Below are positions 24,240-36,800 of a DNA stretch of 64,000 nucleotides, piece by piece (within the stretch, counting starts at the first letter, position 1; each line of letters starts with the position of its first letter). The stretch is from positions 108,500,001 to 108,564,000 of the forward strand of contig NC_091476.1 in the NCBI RefSeq assembly GCF_036971445.1, in the 5' to 3' direction. The notes below the pieces were generated by a model. It saw nothing but the letters and a program-made list of their open reading frames with translations, had not been told where the DNA came from and searched no databases. Origin of the DNA: Narcine bancroftii. Taxonomy: Eukaryota. A program made the translations under genes and the position numbers.

Positions 24240-25860
24240 TCTGGCAGAATGCTCCTCCTGTCATAGGTGGGAACTTAGAAATCGGATGGTTTCCCTGATG
24301 ACTACACCTGCAAGAAGTGTAATCAGCTCCTGAAAGACTGTATAAAGGAATTGGAACTGAGGATCTACTGGGAGGCTGAGCATGTCATAGATAAGGCTTT
24401 TGAGTAGGCAGTTACACCAAAGAGTGCATGATTCATTTAGTAGATGGATGAACACCAAGAGAAGAAAGGGGAAAAAGAAGGCAGTTCAATCTCACCCTGT
24501 GGCCATTCCCATCAGCAACAAATATATCCCTTTGGTTACTGCTGAGAGGAGATGTCCTATCTGGTTAGCTATGAGCCTTTGAAGAGAAGAATTAAGTTAG
24601 GTAGACGAATAGTCATGGGGGTCTCAATAGTTCAGGGAAAAGATAGATTCTGCAGCCACAAAAGAGACACCAAGATAGTGTGTTGCCTCCTGGATGTTCA
24701 GGTCCAAGATATCTCTGAGTGGTTGCAGAATGTTCTTAAAGGGGAGGATGAGCAGCCAAAGGTCATGGAAGATTTTGGTAAGAATGATATATGCAAGAGT
24801 GGGGTAGAGGTCCTGCAAAATAATTTTAGAAAGTTAGGAAAGAGGCTGAAGACCAGGACCTCTAAGGTAATAATCTCTGGATTACTCCCAGTGCCACGAG
24901 CTGGGAAGGTCAGAACAGGAAAATGTTGCAGACAAATGAATGGCTGAGGAGATGATGATGGGGGAAAACCAGGTTAGGACTGGATCTCAAGAGAGAGAAT
25001 TTGTAGAATGCCTACAAGATGGCTTTTTAGAGCAACTTGTTGATGAACCCACTAAGGGGTCGACTGAACTGGATTGGGTGTTGTGTAATGCACTAGAGGT
25101 GAATAGAGAGCTTAGAGTAAAGGGACCATTAGGGGGCAGTTATCACAATATGATTGAGTTCAATTTAAGATTTATCAAGGAGAAATGAAGGTCAGATGAA
25201 TCGATATTTCAATACAGTAAAGGGTATTACAGTGGCCAAAGTGGATTGAAAGAGATAACAAGTAGGGAAGATGGCAGAACAGTAATGAGGAAGGTCCAGA
25301 AGAAATACATAGCAAAAAAGAGGAAATATTCAAATAGAAAAACGTTACAACTGTGGCTGTCAAGGGAAGTCAAAGCTGATGACAAAGCAAAAGAGAGCAC
25401 ATGACAAGATAGGCCAACACCAGAATGGTTTCCTTAAGGGAAAATTTTGTTTGACAAGCCTCTTGGAATTTTTTTAAGAAGAACCAAGTGGGCTTGGTGG
25501 TTGTGATGCAGTGGATGTTATGTATTTGGATTTTCAGAAGGCCTTTGACAAGCTGCCACAGATGAGACTACTTAACAAGAGAAGAGTCCATGGTTTTACA
25601 GGAAACATTCTAGCGTGAGAAGAGCATTGGCTGATTGACAGGAAGCAGAGAGTCCAAATACAGGGATCATATTCTGGTTGGCTGCCAGTGCTATTCCACA
25701 TATGTCAATATTGGGGGTGCTTCTTTTTACCTTGTATATCAATGACTTAAATATTTTGAATGTTGAAAGGCATGGACAGAGTAGATGTAGAAAAGTTGGT
25801 GGGAGAGGAGGACAAGAAGACACAAATTCATGGTTGGAGTCCACTTAGAACAGACATACG
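24240..25860 (+). mobile_element. Internally deleted CR1 with ORF1 SGNH-esterase, endonuclease and RT remnants
   Basis: ORF 24552-24947 resembles CR1 ORF1 esterase. ORF 24940-25188 is endonuclease (PTKGSTELDWVL..LGGSYHNMIEF). VDVMYLDFQKAFDK occurs at ~25510. Confidence 0.8.
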
Positions 25861-27016
25861 GAGGAATTGCCTTTTTTTTTCAAATGGCATCGTTTCATAT
25901 GCCTTGAATTTGGAAACACAAAGGTAGCTTAAGGAGGTAGATGAATTACACAAATGTATTTTTTTAAATATTTAACATAATTTTGAGATAGCAGTCTTAT
26001 GAATAAAAAAGATTTTATGATCTTCAAACGTTGATGGAAGACCATTAATATATATGTCAGGAAGTTGTGCAAATCTTTTCCCATTCATTTCATTGAACAG
26101 AATCCCAATTGCATAATCTCTTCTGATGTAGCTTCCTTTTTTGGAATTTCAATCATCCATACCATTCTGACCTTTAAATTGGTTCTTCTTCATCCAGTTG
26201 GATCTCACTTACTTTCTTTGGAACCCCAGTCACACAATTCTATATCATTCACTCTCATGTGCTAGATTTCCAATAGACTAAAACCTTCAAATATTTGAGT
26301 GCATAACTTTAAGAGAGTGGGAAAGTTTACAGGCTATTTATGACACATTTCTTTTTTATGCAGGCGAGTAGAATGTGTTTCCAGGAGGTGGTGGAAGCAG
26401 ATGCAATGGGAAGCATTTAGACAGACAGGGAATGGAAGGATAGATGTGCAGTTTAAATTGGCATTATGGTCAGCACAGACTTTGTGGGCCAAAGAGCCTA
26501 GTCCTGTGTTTTATTGCTCTATGCTCCTGTGTTACTATTTGCATATGATGTACAGGCTCTCAATGATCTGCATACACTTCCCACTCACTCCCACTCTACA
26601 TTTTCCCAATGGACCAATTTTATCTCACTCATTTATATTGAATACAAAAATAATCTCTTCCTGTTCACTTCCACTAACAAAAATTATTGGATTGATTCCT
26701 TCCCATTCACCCCCATTGTACAGAATCCCAATGGCCCAAAGTACGTTTTCATTGCCTTACGATTTGTATTGTAGAATTTCCCAGAAACAAATTTGTTTGA
26801 TTTTATTCTCGTTGCTTCCAGTAGATTAATTCCTTCCCATTCACTTATTGTATGGACTCCCAAAAGACCTATTCCTCCCCATTGAGTTTGTTTGTATTGA
26901 ATTGTTAGACAACAATCACTGCTTTGCACTTGGGTCCTACAATAGAGAATTCAAAAGCATTGAGCTACTTTATATTCACTCCAACTGTTTAGAATTTCCA
27001 TGGTTGTGTTTATTAC

Positions 27017-27233
27017 CTTCACACCAAACCATGAGAAGGGTCTTGTTTTTGTGGACTTTGTTCCACAATCTAGGGATTCGCAAATCGCAGATGAAGTTCC
27101 CACTGTCGGTGCATTTCACATTGGTTATGAGAATGGAGCCATTGTTTCTCTGGATGTCACCTACCCACTTCAACCTTTGGGCAAACTTGCTGTCCTCTAC
27201 CACCACACTGAGGTTTCGGTAGTAAAAGAAAAT
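27017..27233 (-). CDS. JAML: JAML-like gene, Ig V domain second half
   Basis: 217-nt exon, phase 0/1, encoding IFFYYRNLSV..FAQRLKWVGDIQRNNGSILITNVKCTDSGNFICDLRIP..VHKNKTLLMVWCE. Compare human JAML VLYYYSNLSV..FQNRVHLMGDILCNDGSLLLQDVQEADQGTYICEIRL. The gene is next to SCN2B, as in human 11q23. Confidence 0.85.
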
Positions 27234-27749
27234 CTGTTGGGGGGAATAAAAGAATAAAAAGAATTTAAAGGGAACAGTTAAACAAAAAGTATTTCTGTAT
27301 TTTCCCGATGGATACTCCATTCTTTGGATGTAGAGTTGAATCCTCCCTACCCTATCCTTTAAAAAATTTCCTGATAATGTTCTTGTTTAATGTGCAATCC
27401 TGCAGGTGCTCTATGTATTGTTAATTTTTAATATCCTTTAAGATGTTGGTGAGCAGCATCAGTGGTACACGGCACAGTCTTCCAGAATTTAGACCCTGCA
27501 ATTCTGTAGGATGGAGATGTACTGCCAAATCAGGATCATGTTTGACTTGGAAGGGAACATGGAGGTGATGGCAAACCCTTGCTCCTGCTATGATTTCTTC
27601 CTTGATGGTAGATGTTGGAGGGTATTATGGAAGCAACCCTAGTAAGTTGCACGAGCAATCCCATGGCTGATGTACACAGGTGGTTATAGAAGTTGCGTGT
27701 TTTCCTGCAAACTTGCTAACTCATTCCTCCACTTCCTTATTTGTATTTT

Positions 27750-28060
27750 GAGATTTTTTTTTAGATGAGATGTTAAAGCAATATGGGCTCTCTGAGGTGG
27801 ATGAGGATATCTTAGTAGCAACTGAAGAAGGAAAAGTGGAGTGTTGTTGGTATCCTAGTCAATATTAATCTCTCATTCAATTTTACTAAAAATGAAGCAT
27901 TTGGTCATTACAAAGTTACTGCTTTTATAAGCTTGCTGCTTGCAAACTGGTGCACTTCCTATATTACAACCACATCTGCAGATCAGAAGCATTTTGTAGG
28001 CTGTAAAGTGCTTCAGGATGGCTTTAACAGTGTGTGAAAGATCCTGTATAAACACACTTC
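27750..28060 (+). mobile_element. Deu-domain SINE remnant (SacSINE/AmnSINE-like); similar remnant at ~19290-19480
   Basis: GATGAGATGTTAAA core and GGCTGTAAAGTGCTTCAGGATG tail resemble the DeuSINE consensus as I recall it. Confidence 0.5.
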
Positions 28061-28173
28061 TTTATTCAATATCCAGCATTACAAGCTTGTGTGGGGATGG
28101 GGTGGAGGTGGGTTTTGGGGGAAATGTGTCGCCTGAGGATTGGCAGAAAGTATCTGGATATACATACACTCAC

Positions 28174-28343
28174 TGAATTTTCTTCCTTATCATTGTAAGG
28201 GGTGTAGAACCATTCCAGCTTGATGTTGTGCATTTGAATGTGTTCTTGGTAGTCGAACATACAATCCAACCGTAGATCTACTCCCTGTTTCACAACCAAA
28301 TACTCCGGGGTAGAGATACCAACAGGTGAGATTGACCAAATAT
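28174..28343 (-). CDS. JAML: JAML-like gene, Ig V domain first half
   Basis: 170-nt exon (tag| ... |gtgagt) encoding DIWSISPVGISTPEYLVVKQGVDLRLDCMFDYQEHIQMHNIKLEWFYTPYNDKEENS, with B-strand Cys and C-strand Trp. Confidence 0.8.
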
Positions 28344-28789
28344 CTAGAATGTAGAAAGAAACCATCTGAACTTGAACAGTGATAAATATCTCAGTATTTC
28401 AAGTGAGTTGGGTTAATTTCCACCAATGATCTTATTGATATTGCACCAAGTATTGGTTATTATATATATAGTGCACTCAAACTTCCCAATTAGATTTCAA
28501 CTGGTAAATTGATATTGGAACTCTCTGACTCTAAAGTCCAAAACATGGTTAGCTTCCATCTGTTTCCATTTCCAGATACCTGCTTCCCATATTTATGCCT
28601 ATATTCCTGAATTAATGGTCTATAATTTATTCTTAAATATTTTCATTAACTTCTCTATTCAATCTGGTTAGTAATGCAAATCCAGATTATTTGTTAATAT
28701 CAGACTGTTTAATTTAATCTTGTGGATTTTAATATTACTAACATATCTATTATATGGTATTTTGTGAGGCACCTGTGAAAGACCCTAAA

Positions 28790-29285
28790 GACCATGCTGA
28801 TATGCCTGTCCATGGCCTCATGCACTGCCACCCATAAAATGGAGGAGCAACACCAAATATTCCATCTGGGCACTCTCCAATCGAATGGCTTTAACCTCGA
28901 CTTCTCTGGTTTCTGCAACCCCATTCCCCATTCTCCCTCTCTTCTCTGTCCCTGGCTCTCTTTTCCTCCAATTTCCTCCACCCCTTTCCTCTCTAATCAC
29001 AGAGCTAAACTCCCTCCCCCATTTTCTCTTGTGCCCTCCCTCCCTTATCTACCTATTACTTGTTGCCTATGGGACTGTTCTCCTCCCCCTGCCCCTTCAC
29101 CCCAAACACCATTTTATTCAGGTGCTTGCCTACATTTTGCTCGGACCTTGATGAAGGGCTCAAGCTCGAAATATTGGTTACGTATCTTTATAGCTATATA
29201 AAGTACACTATTTGACCTGCTGAGTTTCTCCAGCATTGTGTTTTTAACTTCAATCACGGTGTCTGCAGAGTTTCATGTTTCACTC
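28790..29285 (+). mobile_element. Penelope-like element 3' fragment
   Basis: GIY-YIG C-terminal remnant HKMEEQHQIFHLGTLQSNGFNLDFSGF plus the terminal GACCTGCTGAGTTTCTCCAGCA motif. Confidence 0.7.
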
Positions 29286-31355
29286 TATAATTAACTTCAA
29301 AAATATATCAAGTTAGTTAACATAATATACCATCGACAAGTCAATATTAACTTTGATTTACTTTTTTCTTAATTGAGAATCACTTCAGATTGACCATGCC
29401 AGCAGTATCCGAAATATCAGTAAAGGTAGATTTTGACATCCTTTTCCATAGACTATAAATTTAGTTTCTAAACAAGGCCTCCTTCAAAGAAACATTATCT
29501 CCCATTGATTTTAGTAAGCAAAATCTGGCAGGATATCAAATCAGTTTTGCTTCCAGTCATGTCAGTGTTTCCCCATTATAAGTTCAGTTACATGGATCCC
29601 TGCCATTAAAGAGCACCTGCAATCATTAAGGACCTATACCATCCAGGATATGCTCTTTTCTTGCTGCTACTATTAGGCAAGAGGTATAGGTAACACAAGA
29701 CTTGAACCACCAGGTTCAGGAACAGTTGCTACCCCTCCACCATCAGACTCCTAAACAGCAAATTCAATCAGAGACACATTTAAAGACTCTTGCTTAGTAT
29801 ATTATTTATCATTGAATATCTATTTTCTGTACTGCAGTTTGTTTTACACTCTTCTTGTTACATTTCTCTCATTTCTACACGTACCTTTTCTTGAGTACAG
29901 TTTTTCACTACTGATAAGTAGAAATTCCGCCTCGCCCGCAGGAAAAAGAATCTTAGGTTTGTATGTTCTCTGATAATAAATCTGAATTTTTGTAACTGGA
30001 ATTATGAGTGAGATAGGAAAGGTAGAGGGGGAATAATTTTGTTTTCCAAATTGGTTTATCTTAAACAAGATGCCATATGTTTAAGATGAGAGTAAGTACA
30101 TTTAAAAGGGGATGTTCCCCCCCACAGAGAGAATGGTTGGAAGCTGGATCATCTACCTGAGGAAGAGCTGGGTGCAGATAATCTCACAGCATTTAAGAAG
30201 TATCTAAATAAGTGCTTGAATCAAAACTGTACAGGGTGTAGGTTAATGGGATGTAAATTGGGCAGCACTGACTTGTAGGGCTGCATTGGCCTGTTACAAT
30301 GCTGAATGTCAACATTAAACATTTAAATTTAAAAATCACTAAGGCATGGGACACTATGGCCCTGATACAGATGAATGGAATTGGTATAGATAGATGCAAC
30401 AGTCAGTGGACATGAGGTGGGCCAAACCAGGTGTTTCTGTGCTGTAAGTCTATGATTCTATCAATAACAAAACATTATCTTATCCATTTACTCATTTATA
30501 TGCGGGAACTTGTTGTGCGGAAATAGATTATAACAGTAAATGGATTCTTGGGGTTGTGAGATGTGATACATTAATGCAAGTTCATTCTTTCTTTTACTTT
30601 TGCCTGGGCTGTAATCAGTGCAGACTTGTATATTAAAGCTGAGATTTCTCAGCTCTGCATGGCTTCACCTGCCACGGTCTTGCTAAACTTCCTATTCTCT
30701 TGTGCTTGATAGCACACAGGCAACCCTTTTCTTCAGTTGTTGACCTGAAACATTAACCCTGTTTCTCTTTTTGCAGATATTGCCTGACCCGCTGTGTATT
30801 TCCAGAATTTTCTGTTTTTAATTTCAGATTTCCAATAACTACAGTTTATTTTCCAACCTATTTCTCCCTCTTATTTCTGGGTAGGCTGAATTGGCTACCA
30901 ACCTGTAGCTGAGAGGCTTCATCCCCTTAGCCGGTTATTTGAAACTGGAGGGGGGGGGGGGTGGTTATTGAATCCTTCAATAAAATAAAGAGCTGACGAA
31001 GTTGAGCAAGACATGTTGTTCATTAGGCAGCCCTCCATTACAGTCTGCACTAAACTAAACCCAAAACTAATGAGTGAGTAAAAAATCCTAGAACAATGAT
31101 GAGGAAAAGCTGAAATTGTTGGAATTTCTTGCATGGAAGATGGCTCACAATCATGCAAGACTACATGCAATCATGTTGACTACATGCAAGAATGAGGTTG
31201 ATGATGTTTGAGTATTATGGGACCAAAGGGATGAAGTGCATACGTGGAAAAAGACATGATATTGATTACTGATAATGAGTTTACGATAATATACCTAAAG
31301 TGAATGGTAAAACTGGTCCCTGGAGCCATTGGGCATGCTTCTGTTCCTATTTCAC

Positions 31356-32365
31356 TGATACAGGCCCAGAGGACCCAAACCCCAGCAGCAATAGAAATTC
31401 ACCAAGACAAATGGTTACTGAAGCAAAAATTGCTTTTAATTTTATTTAAACATACAAACAGGATCAAACTTTAACTTATTACTATTAATTTAACCTAACT
31501 TCTAAGTCCATGTGTATGTAATGTGTATATGTTCAGGAAAGTTCTTTTAATTCACAGTCTAACCTCACTTCTCACTCCTCCAAGTTCACCGGTATCAGGC
31601 AATTCTTATACTGTGCACAGAATTTAACATTTATGAATTTTAATCAGACTCTAGTGCTGAAAGTTAAATGGTTACCACTAAGGAAGGTTCTTGTTGGTTT
31701 CAGAGAGAGATTCGTTGCTCGTTGGACACACACACAAACACACAAACTGATTTACTTTCATTGGTCACTTCTGTGCCTTGCCAAAAAAACTTGCCCCAAC
31801 AGGGTTTTCTAAATGATCATCTCTTCTTCTAGGTCACCACAGAGTTTCTCTTGTCTCCCTTATTTCAGGTGAAACACTCTAGCCAACCATTTCCTCTTGT
31901 AAGGACTACAAGGGTTTTTCAACACGCTGAACTCACAACCCGTCTTCAAAATGGGGTTTTCAACCAAGCTTGCCATGTTGCAGACTCAAAACCCACTGCA
32001 GGTCATTTTTTTCTCTCTTTTCAGAGAAGAATCTTGTCTGATCTTTTTTCTCTCTCTCTGCCTGCAAAACCACATGACCTTTCTTAGAACAGCAAACTGC
32101 AAGAAGACAGATTGCTGGCACCGGAATCAGTTTCTGCCTGGTCATCTGTTGCTTTCAAAACAATAATCCATTTACTCCATATCATCAGTCCAATTAACAC
32201 CTACTTGTGAAGTCTCCATAGGCATTCTTCAAAGTTTCTGTAAAGTCACTGTGGACACGATGTCTCTCCTTATGCATTGCTCTTGCGTTTTAAATGAGAT
32301 GTCTTTTGTGAAGTGGTACTGTCTTTCTTTTAAAGACATATTAATATATAATATACCTCATCACA
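31356..32365 (-). mobile_element. Solo LTR of the Gmr1-like Gypsy family
   Basis: TG...CA ends, 4-bp TSD TCAC on both sides, and homology to the LTRs at 33879 and 40914. Confidence 0.88.
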
Positions 32366-32832
32366 TCACCAACTCTTCTCTGCTGTTTTAATGTTAAAAC
32401 TTCCAAAGAATCCCTTGTTTACATGCCAATTCAAATACAACTTGCACGTGTTTCACTATTCAAGACATTCAAATGTTAGATATAACCAAACCTACCTTTA
32501 TGGCATCGCTCAAATGATTAGAGAATGGTGCCATAGAATTGTTTCGAGGAATGTGTCTTGCAGCCTAGTGGTTATCATAACCTCAACTATGTTCCTTACC
32601 AAATTAGGGTTGCTGGTTTCCAAGATTTAAATATTAGTCTTCAGAAAGTACACTTGAAAAAATTAGGTTTCTTTAATTTTTCATTCATTCAAAACTTATA
32701 AAAATGTGGATTTTTATAGTGAAAAGCTGTTTGAGTATGAGGATCAACCAAGCAAATGTTGGCATCTCCACTTCACAGAGCAAACCTAGAATGATCCAAT
32801 GGCTGAATAAAAAGATTAATGCCTGAACCTAC

Positions 32833-32896
32833 CAAGAATATGGTCAAGTATCTGTCCTAACCCAATCACAATGGTCACCTTCAATCTCATCGGCAT
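32833..32896 (-). CDS. JAML: JAML-like gene, candidate signal-peptide exon (MPMRLKVTIVIGLGQILDHIL)
   Basis: ATG-led and moderately hydrophobic. Its G|gtaggt phase-1 donor fits the 28343 acceptor. Loosely similar to human MFCPLKLILLPVLLD. Confidence 0.45.
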
Positions 32897-33878
32897 TATA
32901 CTGCTTGGTCTTGCGGTCCAAGCAGTCACAGATATGTTCATAATTCTTCTTTTAAAGATGTTTGCCTGGTCTCTGTGCCTCCATGCCAAGAACATGGTGA
33001 GAATCCCTGCTCACTGTTGGAGACATTGCAGGAATGAATCACTTGGGGCTTAGTCTGGAGAGTAAGGTCTGGCACTGGACAGGACTGGCCAAGTGGTGTG
33101 GGGCACAGGATGTGACCTCTCATCTCACCTCAGTCAAGCCCACCTCCAGTCCCTAAGGCAACCTCAACTAGGGATGGTTTATTGCTGGTGGTATCCTAGC
33201 AGAAGACATGGAATGCACAGGCCTGCACAATTAGCAGAACACTATTACAGCACCAGTAATTTGGGTTCAAAACCAGTGCTTTCTGAAAGGAGTTTGTACG
33301 TTCTCTATATGACTTGCATGGGCTTTCTCTCGGTGCTGCAGTTTCCTCCCACCCTCCAAGAATGTTCAAGGTTGGGAGGTTAATTGGGTGGCATGAGTTT
33401 CATGGGTCAGAATAGCTGTATCCTTTTTTTAAAAAAACTGGCACAGTAAAGCTGTCAATAACACACTGATGCATCTCCCTAATAATAACATCATAATAAC
33501 CCTATTAATGTTGATTCCATTATTACTCAGGTTCCTGGCAATCCATCGCTAAGCAAGATACCAGTGTTCAGCTCAGCACTCCAATATTCATGTTCTTAAC
33601 AAACAGTTCACATACCATTGAATATGAGAAATATCAGGAGAAAGTGCAGTCTTCTTCCTCTCTTCATTGTCTAGAGATAGCACAAAGAATTGCAGTTAGT
33701 AGTGTTACCATATAACCATATAACCATTTACGGAGCAGAAACAGGCCATGTTGGCCTTTCTAGTCCGCACCGGTTCACTGATTTGTAAAAAGTTCACCAG
33801 GCTTTGGTGTTTGAAAGATAAATGTTTACCGCTCAGGAAGGTTCTTGTAAAGTTTGCAGAGAGTGTATGTTTTGTTTT

Positions 33879-36800
33879 TGTTGCGAGCCAAGAAGACCCA
33901 TAAACTCACAGATATTCATCAAGACAAATGGTTACTTAAAGTTGATTTTAATTATCGTTAAACATGAAAACAGAATCACATTTTAACTTATCACTATTGA
34001 CTTAACTAACCTAATTAACCCACTTCTAATTCTAAGCACATGTGTATGTAATGTGTATGTAAGTTCAGAAAAATTATTTGGTTCACAGTCCAATCTCACT
34101 TCTCATTCCTCCAAGTTCACTGGTTGTAGGCAATTCTTATACTGTGGACAGAATTTAACATTTATAAAGTTCACCAGGCTTTGGTGCTTGAAAAGTAAAT
34201 GGTTACAAATCAGGAAGGTTCTTGTCAGTTTTCAGAGAGAGATTTGTTGTTCCTTTTTAATCAGCCACTTCAGTGTCTTGCCGAAGAAACTTTCCCCCTC
34301 AGGGTTCTCCAGATGATAACCTCTTTCTTTCAGGTCACCACAGAGTTCCTTCTTGTTTCACATATTCCAAGTGAAACATTTGGCAGTCAGCCCTCTCCTC
34401 TTGGATGAACCACAAAGGCTTTGACCAGGCTGAATTAAGAACTCACAACCCATCTTCCAAATGGGGCTCTCCACAAGCTTGCCAGCTTGTCCTGTTCCAG
34501 TCTCAGCTGCTGTTGCTGACTGCTGTAGAAGTGATCTCTCTCTCTCTGAGATAAAACCTGTCTCTTTATGTTTGCAAGACCACATGACCCTCTTAGAACA
34601 GTTCATCTTTTTGTAAACAACAATCCATTAGTGAAGTCTTTTGGGCACTCTCCAAAGCTCTTGCAAAGGCTGTGGGGCCGATGTGTCTAGCATTAGCAGA
34701 GCTCCAGTATTTCAAATAAGATCTGTTCTAAAGTGTTTGTATGTGACCTACCTTATCAAACCTTTCCCAATTTATCTCCACAAAACATATCTATATACTC
34801 TGTCATACTTTCCCCCTTTAAAGGAATTTTAACTCAAGTTAAAATTCAATCATAACTAAACTCTTTAAAATCACTAAAAAGATAACAATACACAATATAT
34901 AAGATATTATAATAAAGTAACCCAATGTTGAGAGTATTTCTATACGTGATCAATTTTAACATCTTAACAATCTGCTATCACATTATTTGTACCTCTGATT
35001 ATTAATTTGAAGATTATATTCTTGTAATATTAAACTCCAGTTTAACCATCTTCTGTTTTTATTCTTAATTTTATTCAAAAACACCAGAGGATTATGGTCA
35101 GTAAATATCACATTTGGTTCATAAGAGCTACTGAGATGTACATCAAAATTATGCAGAGCAAATATTATAGATAACAGTTCTTTCTCAATAGTGGAATAGT
35201 TCCTTTGATGAACATTGAATATTTTTGAAAAGTAGGCAACTAGTTGGTCAATTTCATTTTGTTTTTGCAATAAAACTGCACCTGCTGCTCCCTCACTGGC
35301 ATCCACTGCTGAAGAAAATGGTCTGTGAAAATCAGGAGATTTCTAAAGCTGTCTGACAAACATTAGTCCATACAAATTTCTCCCCTTTCTTCAAAAGATT
35401 GGCTAAAGGAAGAGCAACCTCAGCAAAATTTCTTATAATATCCTGTCATTCATAAAAATCTTCTGACTGCTTTCTTGCCATTGGGAATAGGAAACTATGA
35501 AATTCCATTCACCTTAGCTTGAATAGGTCCACCTTTGCCATGACCAACTACAAAATCCAAGTATGTTACAGTGACATTTGCAAATTGACTTTTTGCTGTT
35601 AACAGTTAAGTTTTCTTTGGATAATCTTGCAAACAATTTGTTCAATTCCCTTAGATGTTCTTCCTATGTATCACTGTTTGTGACCAAGTCATCAATATAA
35701 GCATCTGTATGTGTTAACCCTTGGATTATCAATTAATCATCCTTTGAAATGTTACAGGGGCATTTTTCATGCCAAAAGGTAACACATTATACTTATAAAC
35801 CAGATGGAGTTACAAAAGCCGAAAACATTTTTTCCTCTCTCAGTTAGAGGTACACACCAATAACCCTTCAACAAATCCAACTTAGTAAAAAATTTAGCTT
35901 TTCCAATTTTATCAATACAGTTATCTATTCTAGGAATAGGATAAGCATCTGTTTTAGTTACTGAATTAACCTTCCTGTAATCTGCACAGAACCTAACAGT
36001 TCCATCTAGTTTCGGTACCAGAATACAAGGAGAACTTCAATCTGAGTTCGACAGGTGCACAAGAACCACAGTTTCTTTAAGGTTACCCTCACAAGATTCT
36101 GTTTTCATAACCTTATGATCCATAACTTCCTCAACCCTGCCAACAACTAACACCTCTGATACAGGTTGTTCTCCACTACCTTTTTCCTCTAAATAAGGTT
36201 TCATCAACAATTCACCCTTGGAGTCATATTCACAAGTCATTTCTTTAATCTGTTCAGTTACTGCTTTGTCCCTTAAGTCAACAAGATCTGTGTCTATTTT
36301 CTGTTGCTGAATTCACTCTTTCCTTGACAAAGAGAAATCCTCACTCTGACGGTTACCCTTCTCTTTCAAAACTATTTCAGAAGCACTGGGCAAGTCTGTA
36401 TCAACTGGATCTTCCTCTGCTCTCATCATTTCCTTAGACAAAGACCTCGTTACAGCACATGCAGGATATATCTCACAATCCTCTTCAACCTTAATCTCAA
36501 AACTGACCCAACTTTATCCTCTGCCAAATCATTCCCTAATAAAAACGAGACACCCTGCATGGGTAACTTTGAAATTGCTCCTACAACAACAGGTCCTTTA
36601 ACTAATTCTGAATTCAGCACAATGTTGTGAAGAGATATTGACTCAACATCACCTCCAACACCTTTAATCAAAGTTGTCTCCCCTGTATCAGTCCTTTGAT
36701 CAAGAGTCATTTTCCAACAATAGTGACTGAGCAGCTCCAGTATCTCTAAGAGTTTTGACTGGAACCTGTGATTCTCCCTCCTTTACTGAAACCAAGCCCT

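Noticed and set aside
32871-33053. Plus-strand signal-peptide-like ORF MVTFNLIGIILLGLAVQAVTD
   Set aside because: It is antisense to the candidate JAML exon and has no downstream + strand exons.
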